DNA from: an uncultured Acidobacteriota bacterium
GTDB lineage: Bacteria; Acidobacteriota; Polarisedimenticolia; J045
Reading direction: 5' to 3'
DNA length: 64,000 nucleotides
NCBI GenBank assembly: GCA_963702425.1
Contig: CAVPCQ010000019.1
Location: 1 to 64,000 of the forward strand
Position 1 is the stretch's first letter. Every line of letters starts with the position of its first letter. The position numbers and the translations under genes were made by a program. Shown here piece after piece: positions 1 through 9,067 of the stretch. The notes beneath the pieces were generated by a model. It made no database searches and had not been told where the DNA came from. It worked only from the letters and a program-made list of their open reading frames with translations.

Positions 1-3
1 GGC

Positions 4-1371
4 TGTGTCTCGCCATATCCCCGTCCGCCTTGCTCCTCAACGAGTTGCGCTCCTGTGCAGGATACCCGAAGCGCCCGCGAACGAGCCCGGTTGCCCTCCG
101 TCTCGACCGCCGTCATCGTCCGGGGATGCTCAACCGCGCTCTTGCCGTCGCCCGGACTGTTCTCGCGATCTTCGCCCGCCGGGCCGACCTGATCCTGGAG
201 AACCTCGCGCTCCGCCAGCAACTTGCGGACCTCCAGCGCAAGCACCCTCGCCCTCGTCTCCGCGCTTCCGATCGCGGCTTCTGGATTGTCCTGCGCCGCT
301 GCTGGCCACGATGGAGGGAGACGCTGGCCATCGTCCAGCCCGAGACCGTCATCCGCTGGCATCGCGAGGGATTCAGGCGGTACTGGCGCTGGAAGTCGCG
401 GCCCCGCGCTGGACGACCGAGCACAACCGCCGAGATCCGGGCCGTCGTTCGCCGGATGGCCGCCGAGAATCCGACCTGGGGCGCGCCGCGCATCCACGGC
501 GAGATCCAGAAGCTCGGCCTCGAGGTCACCGAGCGCACGGTCTCGCGCACCATGCCCCGGCGCCCGGTCGATCCAGAGGCGCGTCAGCGCTGGCAGACGT
601 TCCTCAGCAACCACCGCGAGGTCATCGCCGCGATCGACTTCTTCACGGTCGCCACCGCCACGTTCCGCGTGCTCTACGTCTTCTTCGTCGTCCACCACGC
701 GCGGCGCGAGCTGATGCACTTCCGTGTCACCACCCATCCGACGGCGGCCTGGATCACGCAGCAACTCCGCGAGGCGTTCCCCTACGACCAGGCACCGCGC
801 TCCCTGATCCTCGACCGCGACGCCAGGTACGGCCACGAGGTCCTCACCGCGATCCGCCACATGGGGATCGAACCAAAGCAGATCACGGCTCGCAGTCCCT
901 GGCAGAACGGAGTCGCCGAGCGGTTCGTCAGCACCGCACGCCGCGATCTCCTGGATCACGTCATCGTCCTCAACGAGAACCACCTGCAGCGCCTTCTGGC
1001 CGGCTTCGCCTCGTACTACCTCAACGACCGGACGCACTTGTTCCTGGAGAAGGACACGCCCGCGGTGCGCGTCGCGGAGCCGAAGCCGCATCCCGCCGCC
1101 CAGGTCATCGCTCTGCCTCGCCTTGGCGGGCTTCACCATCGCTACGCCTGGCGCCGCGCGGCCTGACGCTTCCGCCCGACAAGTCCATGGACGCGGTCTC
1201 GTCGTGGAGGGCGTGTGCCCACGCAGGAAGGCGCCCCGCCACCACCGCATTTAGGCACTGGGCATGACCGTCACCGACAAGCGCAGGCGTACGTTCGGCC
1301 GGCGTGTTCGACTGCCATTCCGAGCCGCGCGAGCCGCCAACAGTGCGCGGACTCGATTGTGGCGAAGGACA
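4..1371 (+). mobile_element. Full-length insertion sequence, rve/DDE type (IS481/IS3-like), copy 1
   Basis: Left end TGTGTCTCGCCATATC (4-19) and right end GATTGTGGCGAAGGACA (1355-1371; reverse complement TGTCCTTCGCCACAATC) form imperfect terminal IRs. The element encloses the transposase, and a near-identical copy lies at 17090-18458. Confidence 0.85.
126..1166 (+). CDS. Integrase-core (rve) DDE transposase
   Basis: Motifs WGAPRIHGEIQKLG, AIDFF, LILDRD, PWQNGVAERF and GGLHHRY. ATG at 126 is in frame with ORF 30..1166. Confidence 0.9.
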   Translation: MLNRALAVARTVLAIFARRADLILENLALRQQLADLQRKHPRPRLRASDRGFWIVLRRCWPRWRETLAIVQPETVIRWHREGFRRYWRWKSRPRAGRPSTTAEIRAVVRRMAAENPTWGAPRIHGEIQKLGLEVTERTVSRTMPRRPVDPEARQRWQTFLSNHREVIAAIDFFTVATATFRVLYVFFVVHHARRELMHFRVTTHPTAAWITQQLREAFPYDQAPRSLILDRDARYGHEVLTAIRHMGIEPKQITARSPWQNGVAERFVSTARRDLLDHVIVLNENHLQRLLAGFASYYLNDRTHLFLEKDTPAVRVAEPKPHPAAQVIALPRLGGLHHRYAWRRAA

Positions 1372-1501
1372 CGACCGGTTCGGCGTCAGCCGGAGGTAGC
1401 GGCCCGCCGAGGCCTGAGCCCGCGGAAACTCCCGGCCGCCCCCGTCGTACAATGCGGCGTCGCGTCACGAACGGGGGGCTCGAGCCCCCGGGGAGTTCGG
1501 C

Positions 1502-2488
1502 ATGGCCGATGCCATCGTTCTCAAGGGACTGTCCAAGTCGTTCGGCGAGACCGTCGCCGTCAAGGACCTCGACCTCGTCGTGCCGCAGGGCGCGCTCTAC
1601 GGCGTCATCGGACCCAACGGCGCGGGAAAAACCACGACGATCCGCATGATCCTGTCGATCCTCTTCCCGGACCAGGGGGAGTTGACCGTCCTGGGCCGGG
1701 GCTCCGCGATGGAGGCGAAGGACCGCATCGGCTACCTCCCCGAGGAGCGCGGCCTGTACCGGAAGATGAAGGTCGGCGCCTTCCTGGCCTACATGGCGCG
1801 ACTGAAGGGGGTCGACGGCCACGATCTCGGCCGGCGCGTCCGGGGCTGGCTCGAGAAGGTCGAGCTGGCGGAGGTCGAGAAGAAGCGGTGCGAGGAGTTG
1901 TCGAAGGGGATGCAGCAGAAGGTCCAGTTCCTCGCGGCGATCATCCACCAGCCGGACCTCCTGATCCTCGACGAGCCGTTCAGCGGACTCGATCCGGTCA
2001 ACCAGAGATTGCTGCGTGACCTGGTTCTCGAGGAGCACAAGCGGGGAGCGACGGTGCTGTTCTCGACCCACATCATGATCACCGCCGAGCAACTGTGCGA
2101 TCACATCGTGATGATCTACCGCGGCGCGAAGGTCCTCGACGACACCCTTCCCGAGATCCGCCGGCGCTACGACACGGGAAGTCTGCTCTTCGAACCGCTC
2201 GACCCCGGCGACGATCCGCAGGCGCTGGCGACCGTTCCCGGCGTCGCGCAGGTGCGGCGCGACGGTTCCGCCTGGGAGATCGTTCTCGCGGAGGGGACAT
2301 ACTCCGGCGCGGCGATCCGCGCCGTGACCCAGGCGATGACGCCGGCCCGGATCGAGGTCCGCCGGCCGACCCTCGAGGACATCTTCGTCAAGATCGTCCA
2401 TGGCGAAAACGCGGCCGCGACGGACGATGGGGCGCGGCTGCGGGCGTCGCTGCGCGATGCAGGCGGAATGGTGGGGGTGCAGTCGTGA
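1502..2488 (+). CDS. ABC-2 type transporter ATP-binding protein (NatA/YhaQ-like)
   Basis: Walker A GPNGAGKTT, signature LSKGMQQK, Walker B LILDEPFSGLDP. Confidence 0.92.
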   Translation: MADAIVLKGLSKSFGETVAVKDLDLVVPQGALYGVIGPNGAGKTTTIRMILSILFPDQGELTVLGRGSAMEAKDRIGYLPEERGLYRKMKVGAFLAYMARLKGVDGHDLGRRVRGWLEKVELAEVEKKRCEELSKGMQQKVQFLAAIIHQPDLLILDEPFSGLDPVNQRLLRDLVLEEHKRGATVLFSTHIMITAEQLCDHIVMIYRGAKVLDDTLPEIRRRYDTGSLLFEPLDPGDDPQALATVPGVAQVRRDGSAWEIVLAEGTYSGAAIRAVTQAMTPARIEVRRPTLEDIFVKIVHGENAAATDDGARLRASLRDAGGMVGVQS

Positions 2489-3891
2489 AGAAGATCCTCC
2501 AGGTCGCCTTGCGCGAGTTCGTCTCCACCGTGGCGACGAAGGGGTTCATCATCGGGATGCTGGTGACCCCGCTGATCATGGCTTTCATGATCATCGTCAT
2601 GCCGCGCCTCATGAAGGTCGATGCGCCCAAGATCAGCGGCGAGGTCGCGATCGTCGACCCGACGGGAGCGGTAGCCCCCGGGCTTGCCGCGTGGCTCGCG
2701 CCGGAGAAGATCGCCGAACGCCGCCAGGAGGTCCGCAAGCGGATCGACGAAGCGACCCCGGGAGCGGTCAAGGCGGTCGCGGAATCGTCACCCCAGGCCC
2801 GCCTGGCGATGGAGCAATCGCTGCAGAAGGCGCTCGGCGAGGTCCCGACCTTCCGGGTCCTCGCCCTCGCTTCCGGCGCCGACGTCGAGAAGGAGAAGGC
2901 GCGGCTCAAGGACGAGGCCGGGAAGGGCCACGGCGACGGCGCGGGCGGGCGTCTCGCCGTCGTCACCGTTCACCCCGACGCGGTGGTCCGGGCCGAAGGG
3001 AAGGAGTCGTTCGGAACCTACGACATCTTCGTGCGCGCCAAGCTCGACGACCGCGTTCAGGACGAGATCCAATCGGGCTTGCGCGAATCGATCGTCGCCG
3101 CGCGGGTCGCCGCCTCGGGGCTCGACCGCGCGCAGATCGCCGCGCTCACCCAGGTCGGCCGCGTGCAGTCGAAGACGGTCACCGCGGAGGGCGAGCAGGC
3201 CACCAACGAGATCGCGAACATCTTCCTGCCGGCCGGGTTCATGGTGCTGCTGCTGGTCTCGGTCCTGACCGGCGGGCAGTACCTGCTGACGACGATGGTC
3301 GAAGAGAAGTCGAACCGCATCGTTGAGGTGCTCCTCTCGGCGGTCTCCCCGATGGAACTCATGGCCGGCAAGATCCTCGGCCAGATGGGGGTCGGGATCG
3401 TCGTGCTCGCCCTCTACGCCGGACTCGGCATCGTCGCCCTGGTCTCGTTCGCGATGCTCGGCCTGCTCGAGTTCAAGCTGCTCGTCTACCTGTTCATCTT
3501 CTTCGTGCTCGCCTACGTGATGATCGCCTCGATGATGGCGGCGATCGGTTCGGCCGTCAGCGAGATGCGCGAAGCCCAGACCCTCATGACCCCGGTCATG
3601 CTGCTCATCATGCTGCCGTGGCTGCTGTGGATGCCGATCACCCGCGACCCCAACTCGGTCTTCGCCACGGTGATGAGCTTCATCCCGCCGATCGGGAACT
3701 TCGTCATGATCTTGCGCCTGACCTCGACGTCTCCACCGCCGCTGTGGCAAGCCCTCCTCGCCATCGCGGTCGGCGCCCTCGGCGTGTGGTTCGCGCTGTG
3801 GTTCGCGGCGAAGATCTTCCGGGTCGGCCTGCTCATGTACGGCAAGCCGCCGACGTTCGGCACGCTGATTCGCTGGGCGCGGATGTCGTAG
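2485..3891 (+). CDS. ABC-2 type transporter permease (NatB/YhaP-like)
   Basis: GTG at 2485 overlaps the upstream stop (GTGA). N-terminal TM, large extracytoplasmic loop, EEKSNRIVEVLLSAVSP motif and several C-terminal TMs. Confidence 0.88.
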   Translation: MKKILQVALREFVSTVATKGFIIGMLVTPLIMAFMIIVMPRLMKVDAPKISGEVAIVDPTGAVAPGLAAWLAPEKIAERRQEVRKRIDEATPGAVKAVAESSPQARLAMEQSLQKALGEVPTFRVLALASGADVEKEKARLKDEAGKGHGDGAGGRLAVVTVHPDAVVRAEGKESFGTYDIFVRAKLDDRVQDEIQSGLRESIVAARVAASGLDRAQIAALTQVGRVQSKTVTAEGEQATNEIANIFLPAGFMVLLLVSVLTGGQYLLTTMVEEKSNRIVEVLLSAVSPMELMAGKILGQMGVGIVVLALYAGLGIVALVSFAMLGLLEFKLLVYLFIFFVLAYVMIASMMAAIGSAVSEMREAQTLMTPVMLLIMLPWLLWMPITRDPNSVFATVMSFIPPIGNFVMILRLTSTSPPPLWQALLAIAVGALGVWFALWFAAKIFRVGLLMYGKPPTFGTLIRWARMS

Positions 3892-3934
3892 GTGGTCTTG
3901 GCCGGTCGGAACGTCAAGCCTGAGAACGCTCGGG

Positions 3935-4333
3935 TCACATGAGCTTGAGTTCGCTCACGCGGGCGATCCGCTCGAAGTCCTTGTCGGCCGTGAGCAGAAC
4001 GCAGTCATACCGGATGGCGGCCGTCGCGATCTGACAGTCGGCGGTCGACGTGCTCATGCCTTTGGCGGCGCACCGGCGATGGAGGCTCGCCGCGTCGACG
4101 TAGTCGGATCGCTCCATCTCCAGCAGCGGAAAGGGTTCGAGATGCCGGAGGATCGTCCGGAAGGAGGCGTCCTCCCGGAACCCTTGAAGCACTTCTTGAA
4201 GCACGAGGCCGGTCACGAACACGTCTTCGTTGGCGCGGAGCAGGGCGGAGAACTTCCCGACGGCCGGATGATCGACCGGGCCCTTCTTGCGCAGCGCCAG
4301 CGACCATACGGACGTGTCCACGAGGACTCTCAC
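3935..4333 (-). CDS. vapC: PIN-domain toxin VapC
   Basis: VLVDTSVWS...QEVLQG...DCQIA...LLTADKDF gives the PIN acidic quartet. GTG start overlaps the antitoxin stop. Confidence 0.9.
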   Translation of the reverse strand: MRVLVDTSVWSLALRKKGPVDHPAVGKFSALLRANEDVFVTGLVLQEVLQGFREDASFRTILRHLEPFPLLEMERSDYVDAASLHRRCAAKGMSTSTADCQIATAAIRYDCVLLTADKDFERIARVSELKLM

Positions 4334-4533
4334 TTCCGGCGCCTCCGCTCGGCCTTGTAATCGTATCGGGGGTTCCAGTCCATCGTCCCGAAGAGGTCGA
4401 GGACCTTGCGCCGCCGCCGGCGAGCGACGTACTCGGCGATTGCTTCGTTGACCGCGTCGCGTTTCGTGCGGTGCTTGCCGAGCCGCTTGGCTTCCTCGAC
4501 CAAGTCGTCGTCCAGTGCCAGATTGGTAGCCAT
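4330..4533 (-). CDS. vapB: VapB-family antitoxin
   Basis: 67 aa, MATNLALDDDLVEEAKRLGKHRTKRDAVNEAI (RHH-type), immediately upstream of the PIN gene. Confidence 0.88.
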   Translation of the reverse strand: MATNLALDDDLVEEAKRLGKHRTKRDAVNEAIAEYVARRRRRKVLDLFGTMDWNPRYDYKAERRRRK

Positions 4534-4701
4534 GTTCGCCTCCCTCTACACAGCGCTTCACACAGATAGTCGCTGCGATCCGGGGAGGCGTCAAGTCGAT
4601 GGGCTTGGCGCGAAGGAACCGCCTACCGGCGATTTCGGCGGTGGGGGCGGGTTCGGAAGAAACCGGATCGGACGACGCTTGGCCCCCGACATCACGCCTC
4701 G

Positions 4702-4802
4702 AGACTCTCCTGGGCCGAGTTACTGCGCCGGGTGTTCGCTCTGGACGCCCTCCGCTGTCCGCGCTGCTCGTCCCGCACGAAAATCCTGGCCCAGATCCAC
4801 CC
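4702..4802 (+). pseudogene. C-terminal remnant of an IS91-family (Y2) transposase
   Basis: Translates RLSWAELLRRVFALDALRCPRCSSRTKILAQIH, the WAxLLxRVF...CPxC tail typical of IS91-like transposases. Cut off by an IS left end at 4803. Confidence 0.6.
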
Positions 4803-5085
4803 TGTGCCTCGCCAAATCCCGTCCGCCTTGCCCTTCCACGAGTTGCGTTCCCATGCAGGACGCCCGAGTCGCCCACGACCGAGCCCGGTTGCCCTCCGTC
4901 CCGACCGCCGTCATCGGGCGTGGATGCTCCACCTCGATCGAGCCGTCGCCCGGACTCTCCTCGCAATCTTCGCCAGCCGGGCCAACCTGATCCTGCAGAA
5001 GCTCGGGCCCCGACAGCAGCTCGCCGTGCTCCGACGCAAGCGACCTCGACATCGAGATCGTCATCCGCTGGCATCGCGAGGGCTT
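4803..5085 (+). mobile_element. Truncated, degenerate left part of the rve IS
   Basis: Starts TGTGCCTCGCCAAATCCCGTCCGCC, follows copy 1 positions 4-250 with deletions, and ends near gtcatccgctggcatcgcgaggg. Confidence 0.8.
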
Positions 5086-5113
5086 CAGATCGTCGCCATC
5101 CAGGATCGGTGAT

Positions 5114-7975
5114 TCACGGCACGGGGCCCAGGCGGTGGTCCAGCCAGTCGAGCGTCTCGCGTACGACCTCGTCGTACGGTGGGACGTGGCCGCTGTCGAA
5201 CAGCACGTGCTTCTTGTCCGCGTCGGGCGTGCCGAGCAGTCGGAAGAGCGGCCGCTGAGTCTCGTCGAGGGGGAAGATGAAGTCCTGGCGCCCGTTCAGC
5301 ATGAGAACGGGGACGTGGACGCGGGGGGCGAAGTTGAGGTTCGTCACCTCGGGGAGCCCTTCGCGCGCCCCGCCCGAAACGAGGACCAGCGTGCGGAAGC
5401 GCTCCTCGACCGCAGCCACCAGCGGTCCGTAGTAAGCGCCGAGGCTGAGGCCGTAGAACGCCAGGCGCTCGTGGTCGACATCGCTCCGTGTCTCCAGGTA
5501 ATCGAGGGCTCGCCGCACGTCCTTCGTTCTCTGGATGAGCAGGTCGCGCTCGGCGTTCGGCCCGGCCTGCCCCGTCGGTCGCCGCTCGTAGGTACCCTGG
5601 TAGACCGGGTAGAGGACGGCGCGCCCGCTCCTCACCAGGAAGCCGAAGTCCCATGTCCGCAGCCCCTCGCTCGAGCGCAGCAGCACAGCGGCGCTCGGCG
5701 GGAAGTACACGACGGTCGAGTACGGCGGGGCCGCGTTCTTCGGGAGGTAGAGGTAGGCGGGGATGCGCTCGCCCCCGTAGGCCGCGGCGAAGCTCACCTT
5801 CTCGACCCGCCAGTGCTCGGGCGTGTCGTCCGACGATTCGACCTTGGCGGCGAGGTCGGCCCGGTCGTACTCGAAGTAGCTGCGGTACACCTTGAAGACG
5901 TCGTCGTCGGCCGGGCGGTACTTCGAGTAGTCGGGGACTGCGCGCGGGACCGGCCCGAATGCCTCTTCCGGAGGCGCGTCCAGGTAGACGGCGCAGCGGA
6001 TGCCCAGGATGGGGCTTCGATCCATCGGATCGAGCGCGTCCGGTCCCGTGTAGAGGTAGGTGGGGTCGCTCCACGCGCCACCGAGCGTGTATCGGCGGTC
6101 GCCGGACGCGTTCCACGACCATTCGCGCACGTTGCCGGCCATGTCGTACGTCCCGAAGCCGCTGAGGCTCGGGCGCTCGGCGACCCGCCCCGGCCCTTTC
6201 CCGTTGAAGTTGCTGTAGCGAAGCAGGTCCGAGAAGATGCCGAGATCGGCCGCCCGGTACCAGTGGTGGAGCGTGGGCAGGCTCTTGCCCGCGAACTCCG
6301 CGTAGGCAGCCGCCTCGTGCCAGCTGATGCCGGAAGCCGGGAATTCGCCTTCCCCCTCAGGAAATCCACCCTGCTCCCACGTCGCGGGACCCGGCCGTCC
6401 CGTCCGGTCGCGGAAGAGCGCCATCGCCTCCTCGAATGGCAACGTGCGGCCGCCGCGCACGAACGGGTGCTTCCACAGCTCGGTCCTCCGGTAGCCGCCG
6501 GCACGCACGAACGCGTCGTACTCGCGGTTCGTGACCTCGTGCCGGTCCAGCCAGAAGGCCGGGAGGTCGACTGGCGCGTCTCCGCGGTCGGACCGGCCGG
6601 GCGGGACGAAGACCATGCCCGCCCGCGCATCCGCCTCGGGTATCAGTCGAAGCACGGGCATCGTCTGCGGGAGGAAGGCGACCTCGAGGGGCGCGTAGCC
6701 CGACTTGGTGATCCGGAAGCGGTATGGGGTGAAGGGGAGCGACAACTCCTGGAGAGGTGAGGTGCCGAGCCGCTGCCACTCGCCGTCGGGCTCCTCGTAG
6801 GGCTTCGCCAGGACCTCGGCGCCTTCCGGGTCGGTCCGAACTGCGGAAGGCGCCACCGTGATGTTCTTCACGAGCCGGTCGAGCTCCGGGTCGCCGGGCA
6901 GGTGCTGCTGCGCCAGCGTGGCGAGGCGGAAGGCCGCCACGAGGTCGTACCGGTCGAGGAGGCGCTGGATCTCCGGGATCGCCTCGCGGCGCGCCCACCG
7001 CTCCTGCGCGCTTCGGCGCCAGGCCCAGAAGCCGAGCGCGCCGAGTGCGATCAGGACGAGTGCGAGCCCGGCCGCCCACACCGGCCGACGGAGAAGGCGT
7101 CCTGCTGACGGAGCTCGACCCTTCTCGATGCAACCCTCGAGCTCCGAGACGAGCGCGCGGGCCGAGGCCGGCCGGGCCGCGGGGTCCTTAGCCAGGCAGC
7201 GATCCACCAGGCTCTCGATCCTAGGCTCCACTGCGGGCTGCAGGCTGCGCAGCCGGGGTGGCGTGTCGCGCAGGATCGAAGAGAGGACCGACAGCTCGCT
7301 CGCTCCCTCGAAAGGCCTACTCCCCGCGAGCATCTCGTAGAGCACGGCACCGAGGGAGAAGACGTCGGACCGTGCGTCCACCGGGCGTCCCTCGGCCTGC
7401 TCGGGGGACATATAGGCCGGCGTACCGAGAAGAACGCCAAGTCGGGTCGCGGCCGGCGAACTGAGCGTGGGGGCCGACGTCTCGGTCGCGTCCCGCTCAG
7501 GGGAGACCAGCTTGGCGACGCCGAAGTCGAGCACCTTGACGTGGCCGGACTTCGTGATCATCACGTTGGCCGGCTTCACGTCGCGGTGGACGATCCCCGC
7601 CTCGTGAGCGGCAGCGAGGCCCCGGGCGATCTCCAGCGCGATCCGAAGCGCCTCGGGAACGTCCAGGCGGCCCCTCTCGAGCCGTTGTCGCAGGCTCTCG
7701 CCGTCCACGAGCTCCATTGCGATCCAGGTCCCCCGCGCCGGGTCCTCGCCGATGTCGTGGACGGTGACGATGTGGGGGTCGGTGAGGGCCGAGGCTGCCT
7801 TGGCCTCTTGGAGAAAGCGGCGGGTGCGGTCGGGATCGGCGACAGCCTCCGGACGCAGCAGCTTGATCGCTACCGTCCGCCCCAGGCGAGTATCGCGGGC
7901 TCGATAGACGACGCCCATGCCGCCCTCGCCGAGCCGGCCCGTGATCTCAAAATGACCAAGCGTGTCGCCAGCCAC
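5114..7975 (-). CDS. Ser/Thr protein kinase - FGE/SUMF1 domain - alpha/beta hydrolase fusion
   Basis: Kinase motifs GEGGMG, HRDVKPAN, DFG, YMSPEQ; one TM; FGE-type HEVTN...DMAGNVREW; hydrolase GLSLG...GRQD...DSGH. Confidence 0.88.
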   Translation of the reverse strand: MAGDTLGHFEITGRLGEGGMGVVYRARDTRLGRTVAIKLLRPEAVADPDRTRRFLQEAKAASALTDPHIVTVHDIGEDPARGTWIAMELVDGESLRQRLERGRLDVPEALRIALEIARGLAAAHEAGIVHRDVKPANVMITKSGHVKVLDFGVAKLVSPERDATETSAPTLSSPAATRLGVLLGTPAYMSPEQAEGRPVDARSDVFSLGAVLYEMLAGSRPFEGASELSVLSSILRDTPPRLRSLQPAVEPRIESLVDRCLAKDPAARPASARALVSELEGCIEKGRAPSAGRLLRRPVWAAGLALVLIALGALGFWAWRRSAQERWARREAIPEIQRLLDRYDLVAAFRLATLAQQHLPGDPELDRLVKNITVAPSAVRTDPEGAEVLAKPYEEPDGEWQRLGTSPLQELSLPFTPYRFRITKSGYAPLEVAFLPQTMPVLRLIPEADARAGMVFVPPGRSDRGDAPVDLPAFWLDRHEVTNREYDAFVRAGGYRRTELWKHPFVRGGRTLPFEEAMALFRDRTGRPGPATWEQGGFPEGEGEFPASGISWHEAAAYAEFAGKSLPTLHHWYRAADLGIFSDLLRYSNFNGKGPGRVAERPSLSGFGTYDMAGNVREWSWNASGDRRYTLGGAWSDPTYLYTGPDALDPMDRSPILGIRCAVYLDAPPEEAFGPVPRAVPDYSKYRPADDDVFKVYRSYFEYDRADLAAKVESSDDTPEHWRVEKVSFAAAYGGERIPAYLYLPKNAAPPYSTVVYFPPSAAVLLRSSEGLRTWDFGFLVRSGRAVLYPVYQGTYERRPTGQAGPNAERDLLIQRTKDVRRALDYLETRSDVDHERLAFYGLSLGAYYGPLVAAVEERFRTLVLVSGGAREGLPEVTNLNFAPRVHVPVLMLNGRQDFIFPLDETQRPLFRLLGTPDADKKHVLFDSGHVPPYDEVVRETLDWLDHRLGPVP

Positions 7976-8052
7976 CAGTCCTGCCCTCTCCCGGGGAGCA
8001 GATCAGTGGTCCAAACCCCGCTTCCTGCGCGGCCGAAGGATACGGCCATCCC

Positions 8053-8354
8053 TATCCATCGCCAACTGCGAGGCCGCGCGTTGCTGATGGCTCACGCGGC
8101 CTGGAATGGCACGCAAACACGCCGGCCGAACGCGCCCCTCGATGTGTCGGCGACAGTCATGCCCACCGGATGACGAAGGTGGCGGCGGTCGGCCTTCCTC
8201 AAAGGCACGCGCTCGGCGACGACGCAGCTTCTGCCAGCCGCTGGGCGCGACCGCCGCCGATGCCATCGTGAGTGCGCTCCACCAGTACTCTTGCCCCGGC
8301 ATTCACCGAGGCATCAGCTCTGCCGACACGCGGATTCGATCTTGGCGAATCCCA
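8053..8354. mobile_element. Two degenerate IS right ends in opposite orientation (MITE-like relic)
   Basis: 8053-~8210 matches the reverse-oriented right end at 26910-27065. 8288-8354 matches the variant right end at 28090-28157. Confidence 0.65.
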
Positions 8355-8425
8355 GGAGCACAGCGCCCCAGTTGGTCTTCCCAGGCCGGGGCGCTCACGG
8401 GCCGAATTCGGTGGGTCGAATCAGA

Positions 8426-8734
8426 TCAGGGCCACCAGGTGACGCCCTTGTCGTCCTTCTTGGTGCCCGTGCACGGTGCGTTCGTGATCTTGCCTTTGTC
8501 GTCGTACTTGCAGTCCTTGTACTTCTTGGTGGCCATGCCGGGCTCGGGCGTGATGACGGCGCCCGTGCCGACCTGCCGGAACACGCGCGGCTTCGCGGGA
8601 GTGCCTGCCGCTTTGGACTTGGCGGTGGTCCATTCGGAGGGCTGCCCGTTCGCGGGGTCCTTGGCGTAGCTGGCGGCGGCGAGCAGCCCGGCCAGCGCGA
8701 GTGCGACCACGAACCGGGGGGCGAGTTTCTTCAT
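8426..8734 (-). CDS. Small secreted Lys-rich hypothetical protein (102 aa)
   Basis: AGGAGA RBS, ATG at 8734, signal peptide MKKLAPRFVVALALAGLLAAASYA, GC3-biased codons. Confidence 0.75.
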   Translation of the reverse strand: MKKLAPRFVVALALAGLLAAASYAKDPANGQPSEWTTAKSKAAGTPAKPRVFRQVGTGAVITPEPGMATKKYKDCKYDDKGKITNAPCTGTKKDDKGVTWWP

Positions 8735-9067
8735 CGACTTTCTCCTGTCGGCATCTGGTGCGAGAGTTCCGTCATGGGAACCAGCACCCGTCGCGTGCTC
8801 GGAACGTAGGTTTGGAGGGAGCCGATCGCCTGCAGCTTCAGCGCTGCCGCTGACTAACTGCTCGGTCAGGGCCAGCCCCAGTCCGGCCGCAGCGAAGGCG
8901 GGCGCGGCAAAGGAGAGCGCGCAGATCCGGACCACTCCCCCATGAGCACCAGGAACAGAAACCTCACGCGCTGAGACGCGGGCCATCCCGCCGATACACA
9001 ACGGCGGGTGCGGCGGGTCCTCCTGCGATACCATGCGCCGGGTTCGTCGCAGCATTACGGGGGGTTC

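Noticed and set aside
1167-1371. IS110-type bridge RNA or TnpB omega-RNA
   Set aside because: The transposase is an rve DDE enzyme with terminal IRs, not a DEDD recombinase or TnpB/IscB; there is no evidence of a guide.
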